Assembly (NCBI GenBank): GCA_963798085.1 | Contig: CAWCRS010000002.1 | Location: 256,001-320,000 of the forward strand | From: an uncultured Gemmatimonadales bacterium | GTDB taxonomy: Bacteria; Gemmatimonadota; Gemmatimonadetes; Longimicrobiales; RSA9 | DNA: 64,000 nucleotides | Direction of reading: 5' to 3' | Shown here: positions 10,520 to 21,277 of the stretch, piece after piece | Numbering within the stretch: position 1 is the first letter of the stretch | Layout: every line of letters begins with the position of its first letter | Translations under genes and position numbers: made by a program | Notes under the pieces: generated by a model | The model's input: only the letters and a program-made list of their open reading frames with translations | The model's database searches: none | What the model was told of the DNA's origin: nothing

Positions 10520-11248
10520 TCAGTGCTCCTCGCCGTGAGAGGCCGGCCGGAGGCGCTCCCAGCGTCGCGGGATGGCGGGAGGGACGGCGATCCAGCGGCC
10601 GTGGTGGCGGCGCTCGCAGGCGCGGAAGGCGCAGGGTCGGCCCATGGCGTGGACGTGAAAGCGGTCCATGAGGTGGAAGTGCAGGTGGGGCATGGCGGAG
10701 TTGCCGGAGTTGCCGACAGTGCCGAGCATGGCACCGGCGGCCACGTCATCGCCTTCGCGCACGATGATGCTGTTCTGGCGCAGGTGTGCGTAGAGGCAGA
10801 CGCCGCTCTGGCCCTCGGTCACGACGTAGTTGCCGCACAGCGGTCGCCAGTCATCGGCGGTCATGCGGATGGGCCGGAACTTCAGGCCGAAGCGCACTCT
10901 CGCCATCTGCCAGAGCGCGTTGACCCAGCGGCGGTCAGGCCAGCCGTCGAAGGCCTTGAGCACGCGGCCGGCTTCGGCGGCGAAGACCGGTGCGTTCCAG
11001 CAGCGGAATGATGTGACCGGCGCCACCAGCCACGCGTGCTGCCATGCATTGGGCCCGAAGGGCGTGAGCCAGCGAATGCCGGGCTGCACGAAGTCGAACG
11101 CGAAGCGCTGGCCCAGGAAGTCGGTGCCATGGCTGGGCACGCGCGTCGCGGGCGTGCGCATCGCGGTCCAGGTTCCGCGCAGCGGGAAGTCGAGGATGGC
11201 GACGTCGCTGTTATCAGGCATGATGTCGTCTGTCCGGTTCGATGCCAT
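10520..11248 (-). CDS. M23 family metallopeptidase
   Basis: H-x7-AFD, LYAHL, GTVGNSGNSAMPHLHF. Confidence 0.85.
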   Translation of the reverse strand: MASNRTDDIMPDNSDVAILDFPLRGTWTAMRTPATRVPSHGTDFLGQRFAFDFVQPGIRWLTPFGPNAWQHAWLVAPVTSFRCWNAPVFAAEAGRVLKAFDGWPDRRWVNALWQMARVRFGLKFRPIRMTADDWRPLCGNYVVTEGQSGVCLYAHLRQNSIIVREGDDVAAGAMLGTVGNSGNSAMPHLHFHLMDRFHVHAMGRPCAFRACERRHHGRWIAVPPAIPRRWERLRPASHGEEH

Positions 11249-11356
11249 GCTCGCGAACCGGGCTTCGCCGTGCAACCGCACTGCCACGGATGGGTGCTGC
11301 GGGGCGATGGACCGTGAGGCGGGCGTTGCGACCCGCCGCGGCGGGCCGACGCGCCA

Positions 11357-13507
11357 TCAGTGGGCGCGGCCGGCGCTCCCCTTGCCTGCCGTGATGGCGG
11401 ACCACGTCGCATTGCGGAAACGACCGGCGTCATGCACGGCGCGCAGTGTCTGCCGCAGGCCGGGCAGCAGTGCCCGGCCGCGGTCGGTGCCGGCGAGATC
11501 GTCGACTTCCCACGGGTCGACGCTGATATCGTACAGCTCCTCCGCACCATCGCCGTTGCGTATGTAATGCAGTGATCCCAGCACCAGGGACTTCATCGGT
11601 CCGCGCTTGATGGGTCCATCGAAGTCGGACAGCGCGTAGGGGTTGGCTTCAGAGAGGATGTCTTCGCTTGTCGTATCCGCGGTGGTCCATGCCCGCCGCA
11701 GCGAACTTCCGGGGAACGGCGTCGGCGCGAGCCCGGCGAGGTCGGTGATGGTGGCGGCCATGTCGCGGAGCGAGAAGGGCCGGGCGATGCGTACGCCCTG
11801 CGGCACAGTGCCCGGCAGCACGGCCACGAGCGGCACGTGGATGAGCGGCGAATACAGGCTGTTGGAGTGGCCTTCCAGTCCGTGCTCGAGGAACTGCTCG
11901 CCATGGTCGGAGGTCACGATCACCAGCGTGTTGCGCAGCAGTCCCTTCGCCTCCAGTGCGTCGAGCAGGTGACCGAGCGCGTCGTCCATGAAGGCGATGG
12001 CACTGTCATAGCGGTCGATGACGGACTGTTCCTCGTCGCTCAGCAGCTCCTTGTGGTTCGGCCCGGTGACCAGCGAATCGCGAGCGTATCCGGGCGGGAA
12101 CGCGTCCAGGAAGCGGGGGAAGCGCTCGTAGGGATCGTGCGCATCGAAGTAGTTGAGAAAGGCGAAGAAGGGCCGCGGCCCCACGTCGTCCAGCCAGCTC
12201 AATAACTCCCGGTTAACATCGGTGGCGTACTTGCGCGCGAACAGGCGGGGTCCGCCGGGCACGAGCGCACGCACGGCTTTCGTTGCCAGGGCGAGCATCT
12301 CCGCCGACTCCAGCCATGTGGGCAGGTCCAGCTGATGGTCCCGGTAGGCAGTGAAGCCGCGCGCCAGTCCGGTCTTGTGCGTAGTGAAGATCAGGTTGCC
12401 GACAAAGCCGCCGGTCACGTAGCCGTGTTCGCTCAGGAAGCCCGCCAGCGTGGGATACGCGTCATCCAGCGTGTGCACCCAGTCGCTGGACAGCTCGTTG
12501 TACCAGCGGCCGGTCATGAGGCTGGCGTGGGAGGGCAGCGTCCAGGGCGCGGCGGAATACGCGCGGTCGAACACCGTCCCGCGCTCGCTCAGCCGTGCCA
12601 GGTGCGGCGTCGTCGGCCGGGGATAACCGTAGATTTGCAGGTTGCCGGCGCGCACCGCGTCGAGCACCACGAGCAGCACGTTCGGGCGCGCGGGATCGGC
12701 GGTCACCGCCGCCATGCGCGAGCGTTCGCGCGCGTGGCGAACGGGGTGCAGCCCGATGAAGGCGATGAGCGTGCCTCCCGCCACCAGCGCGCCCGCCGTA
12801 TTGGCGTAACGCAGCAGCGCATCGCCCCGGCGTGACAGCAGTCGTGCCAGCTGGTAGCCGATGCCCAGCGCCAGCACCACCTTCGCAATCGGATGAATGC
12901 CGGAGCGCTTGAGCGCGAGCAGCAGGCCCAGCACGCCCAGCGAGAAGAGCACGAAGAGCAGCGAGCGCAGCGCGAGCCGGCGCTGTGGCACCGCGCCGAG
13001 TCCGTAGAGCAGCAGCGTCGCCAGCACGAAGAGGGCGGCGAGTCCCGTGGGAATCATCCAGAGCGCATCAGGATTCGACCACTCGAAGAACACGCCGTCG
13101 ACGCGATACTTCAGCGTCTTCGTCAGCACCTCGAGCGCACCGAACACGAGTCCGCTCGACAGGGCGATCGTGCAGGAAGCGGCGAGGCCGAGCGCCGGCT
13201 CGCGCTGGAACAGGCGCTGGCGCACACCACGCACGCCACCGGGCGACAGCAGCGCGGCGAAGCCGGCAACGGCAATGCCGCCCAGCAGCAGCGTGATGCC
13301 CAATGCGACGCGGCTCCAGCGCCGCAGGTAACCGTCGAGTGTGTAGTGCCCGCGGCCGCCGAGCATGTGGTTCAGGAAATCGAAACTCCGGCCTTCCTGC
13401 GCAGAACGAATGAGGTGGGGCGCCACGTACCAGGCCATCGGCAGCCAGCACAGCAACACGAAAACTGCGATTGCCGCGTAGCGAACTGCGAGTTTCCGCT
13501 TCTCCAT
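11357..13507 (-). CDS. Membrane-anchored sulfatase/alkaline-phosphatase superfamily protein
   Basis: N-terminal TM helices; PNVLLVVLDAVRA, WTLPSHASLMTG, DAHDPY, TSDHGE. Confidence 0.88.
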   Translation of the reverse strand: MEKRKLAVRYAAIAVFVLLCWLPMAWYVAPHLIRSAQEGRSFDFLNHMLGGRGHYTLDGYLRRWSRVALGITLLLGGIAVAGFAALLSPGGVRGVRQRLFQREPALGLAASCTIALSSGLVFGALEVLTKTLKYRVDGVFFEWSNPDALWMIPTGLAALFVLATLLLYGLGAVPQRRLALRSLLFVLFSLGVLGLLLALKRSGIHPIAKVVLALGIGYQLARLLSRRGDALLRYANTAGALVAGGTLIAFIGLHPVRHARERSRMAAVTADPARPNVLLVVLDAVRAGNLQIYGYPRPTTPHLARLSERGTVFDRAYSAAPWTLPSHASLMTGRWYNELSSDWVHTLDDAYPTLAGFLSEHGYVTGGFVGNLIFTTHKTGLARGFTAYRDHQLDLPTWLESAEMLALATKAVRALVPGGPRLFARKYATDVNRELLSWLDDVGPRPFFAFLNYFDAHDPYERFPRFLDAFPPGYARDSLVTGPNHKELLSDEEQSVIDRYDSAIAFMDDALGHLLDALEAKGLLRNTLVIVTSDHGEQFLEHGLEGHSNSLYSPLIHVPLVAVLPGTVPQGVRIARPFSLRDMAATITDLAGLAPTPFPGSSLRRAWTTADTTSEDILSEANPYALSDFDGPIKRGPMKSLVLGSLHYIRNGDGAEELYDISVDPWEVDDLAGTDRGRALLPGLRQTLRAVHDAGRFRNATWSAITAGKGSAGRAH

Positions 13508-13843
13508 GTACTCCGATCCACGATGAACGCGGCAGCCCCGAGCTCCGGGCGCCCGCGACGCTGGAGGCAAGAACGCTGCCGTGCCCTGCTGTGCATTGCC
13601 GCCTGCACAACGGTCACACCGCGCGCCACCCGAGGCAACGGTGCAACAGGCAGAGGCGAGCGCGGCGGCCCGGTCGCCTTGTTGCCGGCTGCTCTCGCGC
13701 GGCGGCTTTCAGCGGTGCACTGCAGGGCCGTGCCGTCCCTGATTTCAGGGGTACTGCAGGGCACGATTCTTGACCCCCTCACCCGCCGAAACACGGCTGG
13801 CGGACCGTTGACAACGTCTCGGCCTGGAGCACAAGCTCAACGC

Positions 13844-14257
13844 ATGTTGCTTACCATCGACGACATCACCGTGGGCGATACCTGCACCGAGCAGGTCGAG
13901 TTCACGCCCGAGAAGACGGCGCAGTTTCTCCGCCTCACGGGCGATGCGGCAGGTATCCATACGGTCGAGTCGTTCTCCCGCGGCATGGGCTACGACAACC
14001 TGGTCGTGTACGGTTTTCTGCTGAGCCTGCAGTTTTCGCGAATGCTCGGCATGCAGCTGCCTGGCGAGAATACGGTGATCGGTTCCATTCAGCTGGACTT
14101 CCACGAGCCGGTGTACGTGGGAGACACGGTCACGTACACGGCGACAGTGCGACGCATCATCAAGCCTCTCGGTCTTGTGGCGCTGGATCTGGACGTGCGC
14201 AAGAGCAATGGGACGCTGTGCGTCCAGGGGAAGACGACGTGCGCCTTCAAGGCCTGA
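13844..14257 (+). CDS. MaoC/hot-dog fold dehydratase
   Basis: FLRLTGDAAGIH, LGMQLPG, FHEPVYVGDTV. Confidence 0.85.
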   Translation: MLLTIDDITVGDTCTEQVEFTPEKTAQFLRLTGDAAGIHTVESFSRGMGYDNLVVYGFLLSLQFSRMLGMQLPGENTVIGSIQLDFHEPVYVGDTVTYTATVRRIIKPLGLVALDLDVRKSNGTLCVQGKTTCAFKA

Positions 14258-14351
14258 AGCGGCCGGAACCGTCTCACTCGCCGACAGCCATCGAACGCGT
14301 GCGCAGCCGCCCCGGCATCACTCACTCGAACGCCCACGTCTGAGGCGACCC

Positions 14352-15246
14352 ATGGCATTGGAAGCACTCGAACGGTTCCAGAACGAGCTGTTCAGCAACG
14401 CGCAGATTTTCCGCAAGACGTTCCAGGACGTGCAGTCCGCGTTCGGACCGCCATGGGAGGCCGAGTTCGACGAGCACCTGCGCAATCTCTTCGGCGACAA
14501 TGTCGAGGCGTACCGCAGCGCCATTCGCGGCTACAGCCGCTTCGCCATCGATGCCATGCGCCTGCAGCGCATCTTCAACAAGAAGAAGAAGTACGAGGAC
14601 CAGAGCTACGAAGAGGCGTACGAGCACGTCTACATGAACCCGGATTACATGATGAATCTGTACCTTCCGGGTATTTTCGTTTCCCACTTCCTGTGGCGGC
14701 ACCACTACCGTCAGTTCGGCTACTACAAGCAGCAGTTCCTGCCGCGGCTGGACTCGGTGACCGACCGGCGCTTCTACGAGGTGGGCACGGGCACGGGCTT
14801 CTACACGGTCCAGGTCTACCGCCACGAACCGCGCTTTCACGGGTACGGCATTCGACATCAGTCCGCATTCGCGGCAGTTCACCCTGAACAACATCCGCGG
14901 CTGGGGCTTCGAGTCGCGCTTCACGTCGATGGAAACGAACATCATCAATGCCGGCCTCGAGCCGCTGCCGGTCGTGCAGTGCATCGAGGTGCTGGAGCAT
15001 CTTTCGGATCCGCAGACGTTCCTGGACCACCTGCGCAAGATGCTGTTACCGGGCGGGCACGGCTTCATCACGGCGGCGCTGACGGCGCCCAATGCGGACC
15101 ACATCGACCTGTACTGGACGCCGCAGGACGTGATCGACCAGCTGGAGTCCGCGGGCTTCAAGGTCGAGGATCACATTGAGGAGCTGGCGTACGAAGGCGC
15201 GCCCGGCGAGATCGTGCCCAAGGTGGCGGCCTTCATCGTGTCGTAG
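14352..15246 (+). CDS. Class I SAM-dependent methyltransferase (frameshift near 14851)
   Basis: YEVGTGTG, then G-I-D-I-S after a one-base shift, then IEVLEHLSDP...LLPGG. Confidence 0.8.
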
Positions 15247-15265
15247 CCGGACGAGACGCAGAAGC

Positions 15266-17135
15266 ATGGATGAATCGAAGAACGTGAACCGCAGTGGTGT
15301 GGGCCCGGCTGCACTGCCGCCGTTCCCGCAGCTGCAGCGCTGGAATGCGACGCCGCTGCCGGATCTGCCCGCACTGAAGATCGCGGTGCTGCGCAATATC
15401 GTGCTGGACCCGGTGGTGCCCCACCTGCGCTGGCTGGCCTGGCGCGAGGGCTTCAACGCTTCGGTGCGCTTCGGCGAGTACGACAACATTGTGCAGGAAG
15501 CCGTGGGCGGTGCGCCCGGCCTGCTGGACGAGAACACGGACTGCGTGCTCGTCTTCATGCGCCTCGACACACTCTCGCCGCGGCTGACACTCGATTACGC
15601 CAGCCTGTCGAGCGAAGAGATCGCCGGCGAAATCGAGCGTATCCGCGCGACCGTTACGGACGTCATCGCGGGGATCCGCCGCCAGACCAGCGCGCTCGTG
15701 CTGTGGCACAGCTTCGAGCAGCCGGTGCAGCCGGCACTGGGCATTCTGGACGGCCAGCAGCCGGGTGAGGGGCAGACCGGTGTGGTGCGCAGGCTGAACG
15801 ACGCGCTTGCGGATGCATTGCGCGCGACGCGCAACGCGTACAGCGTCGACATGAATCGCCTGCTGGCTCGCGTGGGCGCGAACGAGTTCTACGATGCGCG
15901 CTACTGGCACGCGGCGCGGGCGCCGTACACGCTGGCGGCCGTGCGCGAGATCGCGTTCGAGGCCACGAAGTACCTGCGAGCGCTGAAGGGTCGCGCGCGC
16001 AAATGCCTGGTACTCGACTGCGACGGCGTGCTCTGGGGCGGTACCATCGGCGAGGATGGCCTGGCCGGGATCAAGCTGGGCACCACGTTCCCGGGTTCCG
16101 CCTACCGCGAGTTCCAGCAGGAGATCCTGAACCTGCACAGGCGCGGCGTGCTGCTCGCGCTGTGCAGCAAGAACAACGCGGACGATGTCTGGGACGTGTT
16201 CGACCGGCACCCCGACATGGTGCTGCGGCGCGAGCATCTCGGCGGCGACGCGCGTGAACTGGACGGACAAGGCGACCAATCTGCGCGAGCTCGCGCAGGA
16301 GCTGAACATTGGTGTAGACAGCCTGGTCATGGTGGATGACAGCGACTTCGAGGTCGACCTGATCCGCGAGTTCCTGCCCGAGGTCACGGTGATCGGCATG
16401 CCCGCGGGCAAGCCCACGGAGTATCGCGGCATCCTGGCGGGCTCCGGGCTGTTCGACACGCTCACGCTCTCGGCGGAGGACCGCGCGCGCGGCGCCGCCT
16501 ACCAGGCGGAAGTGGCCCGCAAGCGGCTGCAGAGCGAAACGGCCGACATGGGCTCGTTCCTGCAATCGCTGGCGATGTCGCTGGAGATCCGGCTGGCCGA
16601 CGATTTCGCGCAGCCGCGCATCGCGCAGCTGACGCAGAAGACGAACCAGTTCAACCTGACGACTCGCCGTTATTCGGAAGAGGACATTCAGCGGTTCCGG
16701 GAAAGCGACGACGCGGATGTCATTTACCTGCGGTACCGCGACCGCTTCGGCGATGCCGGCATCGTGGGCGTGTGCATCCTGCGCTACGAGCACGACGCGG
16801 CGGTGGTGGACAGCCTCATGCTCTCCTGCCGCATCCTGGGTCGCAGCGTAGAGCAGACGTTCCTGGCGCACTGCCTGGCGCGCGCCGGCCTGCGCGGCGC
16901 GGTCCGCGCGCTGGGCGAGTACCGGCCCACCGCGAAGAATGCACAGGTGAAGGAATTCTATCCGGCCAATGGCTTCTCTTCTGCGGCCGGGCTTGCGGAA
17001 GGCGTCTATCGCATCGAGCTGGCCGCGCTGCCTTTGCCGGCCGCCACGCTGTTCCGCATCGAAACCGATCTCATGCAGGAAAGCAGTCTACCGGAGTCAC
17101 GAGTACTCGGGATCCAAGGAGAAGCCACGGCATGA
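15266..17135 (+). CDS. fkbH: FkbH-like HAD-IIIC glyceryl transferase/phosphatase with GNAT C-terminus (frameshift near 16243)
   Basis: KCLVLDCDGVLWGG, CSKNN, then NWTDK...MVDDS, RIAQLTQKTNQFNLTTRRY, LSCRILGRSVE. Confidence 0.9.
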
Positions 17136-17380
17136 AGCAGCGCGTGTTGCGTATCGTCAGCAATGTGCTGGGCCAGCCGGTCGAGAGTCTCGACGGTGCG
17201 TCGTCGCCTGACACCGTCGAGTCCTGGGATTCCCTGAACCACATGAATCTCGTGCTCGCGCTCGAGGAGGAGTTCGGCGTGCAGTTCAGCGACGACCAGA
17301 TCATGCAGCTGCTCTCGGTCGACGCCATCATCGCCGCCCTCGGCCAGGTGGTGCCGACCAACGACAATGTCGCTGGTTGA
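17132..17380 (+). CDS. Acyl carrier protein
   Basis: WDSLNHMNLVLALEEEF phosphopantetheine motif; ATGA overlap with fkbH. Confidence 0.9.
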   Translation: MKQRVLRIVSNVLGQPVESLDGASSPDTVESWDSLNHMNLVLALEEEFGVQFSDDQIMQLLSVDAIIAALGQVVPTNDNVAG

Positions 17381-17966
17381 TGTCGGCGGTGTTCTCCGCG
17401 GCTACAGTTTCCGTCAGCTGCTGGGCCGGCTGGCGGAGGAGTACCTGTGGTGGGTCATCCGCAGCTGGCCCGGCTTCGAGGGTGTCTACTTCCGCTACCT
17501 CTTCCTGAAGCTCTTCACGAAACGGCTGGACGGCTTCTGCTGGATCGCGCAGGGCTGCTCCATCGTCAACTGCCACGCCCTGTCCATTGGCCGCAATTTC
17601 GCCACCAGCCGCAATGTCATGATCAATGCGCTGGGCGGCCTCGAGATCGGCGACGACACGGGCGTGGGTCCGAATTCGGTGATCCTCGCGCTGGAGCACC
17701 GCATGGTGAGTCCGGGCGGCCATTTCGGGGCGCAGGCGAGGCGCCTGACGCCCATCCGCATTGGCTCACGCGTCTGGATCGGCGCGAACTGCTTCCTCAA
17801 GGCAGGCATCACGGTCGGTGACGACGTGGTGGTGGCCGCCTGCTCCAACGTGATCGGCGATGTTCCGGCTAACAGCCGCGTCATCGGTTCCCCGGCCCGG
17901 CCCTACTTCGAGGTACTGCGCGAAATGGCCGGAAAGAGTCATGGCCGCGCCGGCAAGAGTTCCTGA
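17367..17966 (+). CDS. Left-handed beta-helix acyltransferase
   Basis: Hexapeptide repeats, IRIGSRVWIGAN, GSPARP. Confidence 0.87.
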   Translation: MSLVDVGGVLRGYSFRQLLGRLAEEYLWWVIRSWPGFEGVYFRYLFLKLFTKRLDGFCWIAQGCSIVNCHALSIGRNFATSRNVMINALGGLEIGDDTGVGPNSVILALEHRMVSPGGHFGAQARRLTPIRIGSRVWIGANCFLKAGITVGDDVVVAACSNVIGDVPANSRVIGSPARPYFEVLREMAGKSHGRAGKSS

Positions 17967-19689
17967 GAACGGCGCGTTAGCCCCGGACGCCGCATCCGCC
18001 ATGGCCAGCACAATGCCTCGCCGCGCGCGCTCGCGCTATCTGCTGGTGGCGCTGCTGGCCGCGCTGCTCTACCTGCCTGCGTTCTGGTGGGGCGCACCGC
18101 ACGCGACTACTGCCGAGCGCGCGCACGCCTGGGGCGTGGATGATGAAACGCCGCTCGGCCCGCTGACCGAGCTGCGCGCCATCGTGCACCCCACACCCGG
18201 CCGCAACCTGGGGTACCCGCTGGGCTACGTGTTCATGGCGGCCGCCGCCTACTCGCCCTACCTCGCGTACCTCGAACTCAGCGGCGGGCTGGGCCCGGTC
18301 CGCGCCACCTACCCCTATGGTCTCGCGGATCCCGTCCGTGCGCTGCGCAACCTCACGGTGATCGCGCATTTCCTGACCGTGCTGCTGGCGGTGGGCGTAA
18401 TCCTGTGTGCGTACGACGCCGCACGCAGCCTGTGGGATGAGCGAACGGCGCTGCTGACAGCGGCGTTCGCGGCGGTGGTAACGCCGATGTTCTACTACGG
18501 CCGCAGCGGCAATGTCGACGTGCCCATGCTGTTCTTCATTGCCCTGGCGGTGGCGCTCTATGCGCGCGCGATCCGGTACGGCCTGACCGTGCGCCGCGCG
18601 ATCGTGCTGGGGGCCGCGGTGGGCGTGGCGCTGGGCACCAAGGAATCCGCGCTGGGTGCGTTCCTCGCGTTTCCCTTCGTGCTCGCGTTCACACACTGGG
18701 GCGGCAGGCGGGAACCGGCGGCCGCGCGGCCGTCATTCAAGGCACCGCTCGTGGCGCTGCTCGCGGCGTTCCTGGCGCTGGGTCTGAGCAGCGGCCTGTT
18801 CGTCGAGCCGGGCCGCTATTTCGCACACATCGCCTTCCTGCGGGGCCGCATCGAGTCGGCCGCGACCGGCGAGGTGATTCCCTTCACCTATCCGAACACG
18901 TGGCAGGGTAACATCGCGTTTGGTACGCTGATGCTGCAGCACCTGGCGGCGCTGCTGACGTGGGCGGGGCTGGCGCTGGCCGCACTGGGCCTGGGCTGGA
19001 CGCTGCTGCGCGAGCGACGCAGTGCGCTGCTGGCATTGCCCGCCTTCACCTACCTCGGCTTCATGTTCGTGGAGGCGCGAACGGAGCAGCTGCGTTATGT
19101 GCTGCCGGCGGGCTTCATCATGGCCGCCTTCGCGGCGAGGGCTGTGGTGCTGGGGTGGCAGTCCCGCCATGTCTGGCTGCGCGTGGCCGTCTCGGCGGCT
19201 GGCCTCTACGCGCTCGGCGTCTGCCTGCTGCAGGGCGCAGACCTCACGTGGCAGATGCTGCACGACTCCCGTTACACGGCAGGGGAATGGCTGGAGCAGC
19301 GGGCACCGGCGGGAACGCGCATCGAGTATTTCGGCGCCAGCCAGAAGCTGCCGCCGCTGCGTGGTAATGTCGAGACGGCGAGGGCGAACGAATTCCTGGG
19401 CATGTTCCGGCGCCCGTCGACGGACAGCGCACAGGCGGAGGAGATCCTGGCGGGGTGGGCGGCGCGGCGGCCGGCGTTCGTGCTGGTGATTCCGGACCAC
19501 TCGTCGAAGCCGGGGCAGCCGTACGATAACACCATGCCGCCCCGGCTCTATGAGGCACTGCTGCGGGGTGATCGCGGGTACCGCCTGGCCGCGCTGTTCC
19601 AGACACCGCGGCTGTTCTCGTGGATCGCGCCGATTCCGCTGGACTATCCGGTCGTCAATCCACCGATCCGCGTCTTCGCGCCGGACTGA
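17941..19689 (+). CDS. GT-C (ArnT/PMT-like) membrane glycosyltransferase
   Basis: WGVDDE acidic loop, many TM segments, NVDVP, ALGTK, RYVLP. Confidence 0.78.
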   Translation: MAAPARVPENGALAPDAASAMASTMPRRARSRYLLVALLAALLYLPAFWWGAPHATTAERAHAWGVDDETPLGPLTELRAIVHPTPGRNLGYPLGYVFMAAAAYSPYLAYLELSGGLGPVRATYPYGLADPVRALRNLTVIAHFLTVLLAVGVILCAYDAARSLWDERTALLTAAFAAVVTPMFYYGRSGNVDVPMLFFIALAVALYARAIRYGLTVRRAIVLGAAVGVALGTKESALGAFLAFPFVLAFTHWGGRREPAAARPSFKAPLVALLAAFLALGLSSGLFVEPGRYFAHIAFLRGRIESAATGEVIPFTYPNTWQGNIAFGTLMLQHLAALLTWAGLALAALGLGWTLLRERRSALLALPAFTYLGFMFVEARTEQLRYVLPAGFIMAAFAARAVVLGWQSRHVWLRVAVSAAGLYALGVCLLQGADLTWQMLHDSRYTAGEWLEQRAPAGTRIEYFGASQKLPPLRGNVETARANEFLGMFRRPSTDSAQAEEILAGWAARRPAFVLVIPDHSSKPGQPYDNTMPPRLYEALLRGDRGYRLAALFQTPRLFSWIAPIPLDYPVVNPPIRVFAPD

Positions 19690-19764
19690 CGACGGAACGT
19701 CGTCGCCCTGTCACATCCTGACCCGTGTCACGGGCGACGGGCGCGTACTGCTGAAAGCGGTGGT

Positions 19765-20088
19765 TCAGCGACGACGCACAGCACGCTTGCGCGCCGTCGT
19801 CTTCACTTTCGCGCGGCGTGTTGCCTTCTTCGCCGGCTTGCGTGTGCGGGCGGGTGCACTGGCGACGGCACGGGCCAGCTGATTGACCAGACGATCGAGT
19901 TCCTTAGCGCGCCGGCGGGCCAGCTTGAGCACGGCGCCCTGCCAGCCGGTGGGCGCACGGCGGTGACCCGGATTGTTCGGGTCGAGCCGGCACAGCGCGA
20001 GTACGCCGGGGCTCGAGCCCATGTCGCGCGCCAGATCCTTCAGCGTGGGCCCGCTGATCAACTGCGTCGTGACTTGCTGGAAGTCCAT
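19765..20088 (-). CDS. Small hypothetical protein, HTH-like N-terminus with Lys/Arg-rich tail
   Basis: PTLKDLARDMGSS...; tail RKPAKKATRRAKVKTTARKRAVRRR. Confidence 0.6.
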   Translation of the reverse strand: MDFQQVTTQLISGPTLKDLARDMGSSPGVLALCRLDPNNPGHRRAPTGWQGAVLKLARRRAKELDRLVNQLARAVASAPARTRKPAKKATRRAKVKTTARKRAVRRR

Positions 20089-20240
20089 GTGTTCACCAGC
20101 CCGAAAGGGTGCGTACCCGGGGGACGCGCAATGTTGAGTCAGGGCCGGGCGGGGCGCAAGGGCAACCGGCTGCAACAGGCCATTTCGGTCGGACCGGCCC
20201 GCCGTCCGTCCGCCCGCGGATCTGCTCATGCGCTGTTAAG

Positions 20241-20457
20241 CGGCACTGCCACCCTGTCCGGTTACCGCAGGGCGTTTGATCGCCGCGATCATGGGCGTGA
20301 CCGCCATGAGCGCGCGGATGGGAAGCGTGATGGGAGGGCCTGGCTCAGCAAATCCCGTGTCAGTGAGTGCAGCGGTCAGAACGGGCTGGAGAGGGCGAAG
20401 CTCAGCAGGAAGAACGTCCGCACGGGCCCGGCCCCGGGGCGAAGCAGCCGTGTCCAT
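20241..20457 (-). pseudogene. Degraded CPBP/CAAX-protease-like N-terminal fragment
   Basis: VRTFFLLSFALSSPF* then LPIRALMAVTPMIAAI in another frame; bracketed by motif copies at 20226 and 20469. Confidence 0.4.
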
Positions 20458-20494
20458 GGCGCCAGCGATAACTGAACGTTAGAACGCCGGGACT

Positions 20495-21229
20495 TCAGCC
20501 CGCGCCGGCCGGACCCGGTTCGAGGCTGCTCCAGCCGAACAGTGCGGGCAGGTCGGCGACGCCGTCCAGCATGAAGTCGGGCATGGCCGCGCGCAGCATG
20601 GCATCCGGCTGGGTGCCGCTGCGCACGACCGCGGTCCAGGCCCCCGCGTTCCTGCCCTCTTCGATATCGAGCACCGTGTCGCCGACCTTGAGGACCTGGC
20701 GCGCTTCCGTGATCCCGAGCTTGGCCATGGCATCGAGGATCATGCGCGGGTCGGGCCGGCCGGCGCCCAGCGTTTCGGCACTGGCCACGTACGCCACCAG
20801 CCCGGCCTCGCGCCAGCCGAAACGCGCCACAATGCTCTCGACCAGCTCGGGCGGGAATCCACTGCCCAGGCCGGCGTGCACGCCATGATGCCGCAACAAC
20901 TCTAACACGCGTGTTGTGCCCGGCATTTCGCGCATGTCCGCCACCTGTGCTTCCAGCCGGCTCAGGAGTCGGGCGACGATTGCGTTCACCTCTTCGTCGC
21001 GTGGCGGCGTACCGGGCCGCTTCAGGCGCAGCAGTTCACGGACGGCGCTGCGTTTGTCGCGGCCGCGGTGCCTGGCGAGATCGTCTGCGTCCACGCTCAC
21101 GCCGGCTTCGGCGAAGCTGGCGCGCAGTGCTTCGACCACGCGCGAGCCACCGCCAGCCGCATCACTCACGGTCGTGCCGGCCATGTCGAACATCACGAGG
21201 TGGATGGCGGCGGGATCGAAGGTGCTCAT
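20495..21229 (-). CDS. HAD hydrolase (phosphonatase-like)
   Basis: FDMAGTT, GRPDP, KVGDTVLDIEEGRNAG. Confidence 0.88.
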   Translation of the reverse strand: MSTFDPAAIHLVMFDMAGTTVSDAAGGGSRVVEALRASFAEAGVSVDADDLARHRGRDKRSAVRELLRLKRPGTPPRDEEVNAIVARLLSRLEAQVADMREMPGTTRVLELLRHHGVHAGLGSGFPPELVESIVARFGWREAGLVAYVASAETLGAGRPDPRMILDAMAKLGITEARQVLKVGDTVLDIEEGRNAGAWTAVVRSGTQPDAMLRAAMPDFMLDGVADLPALFGWSSLEPGPAGAG

Positions 21230-21277
21230 GGTTGGACAGGCGACGACGCCGTTCGGGCCACCGTCGCCTCGCCGGTT

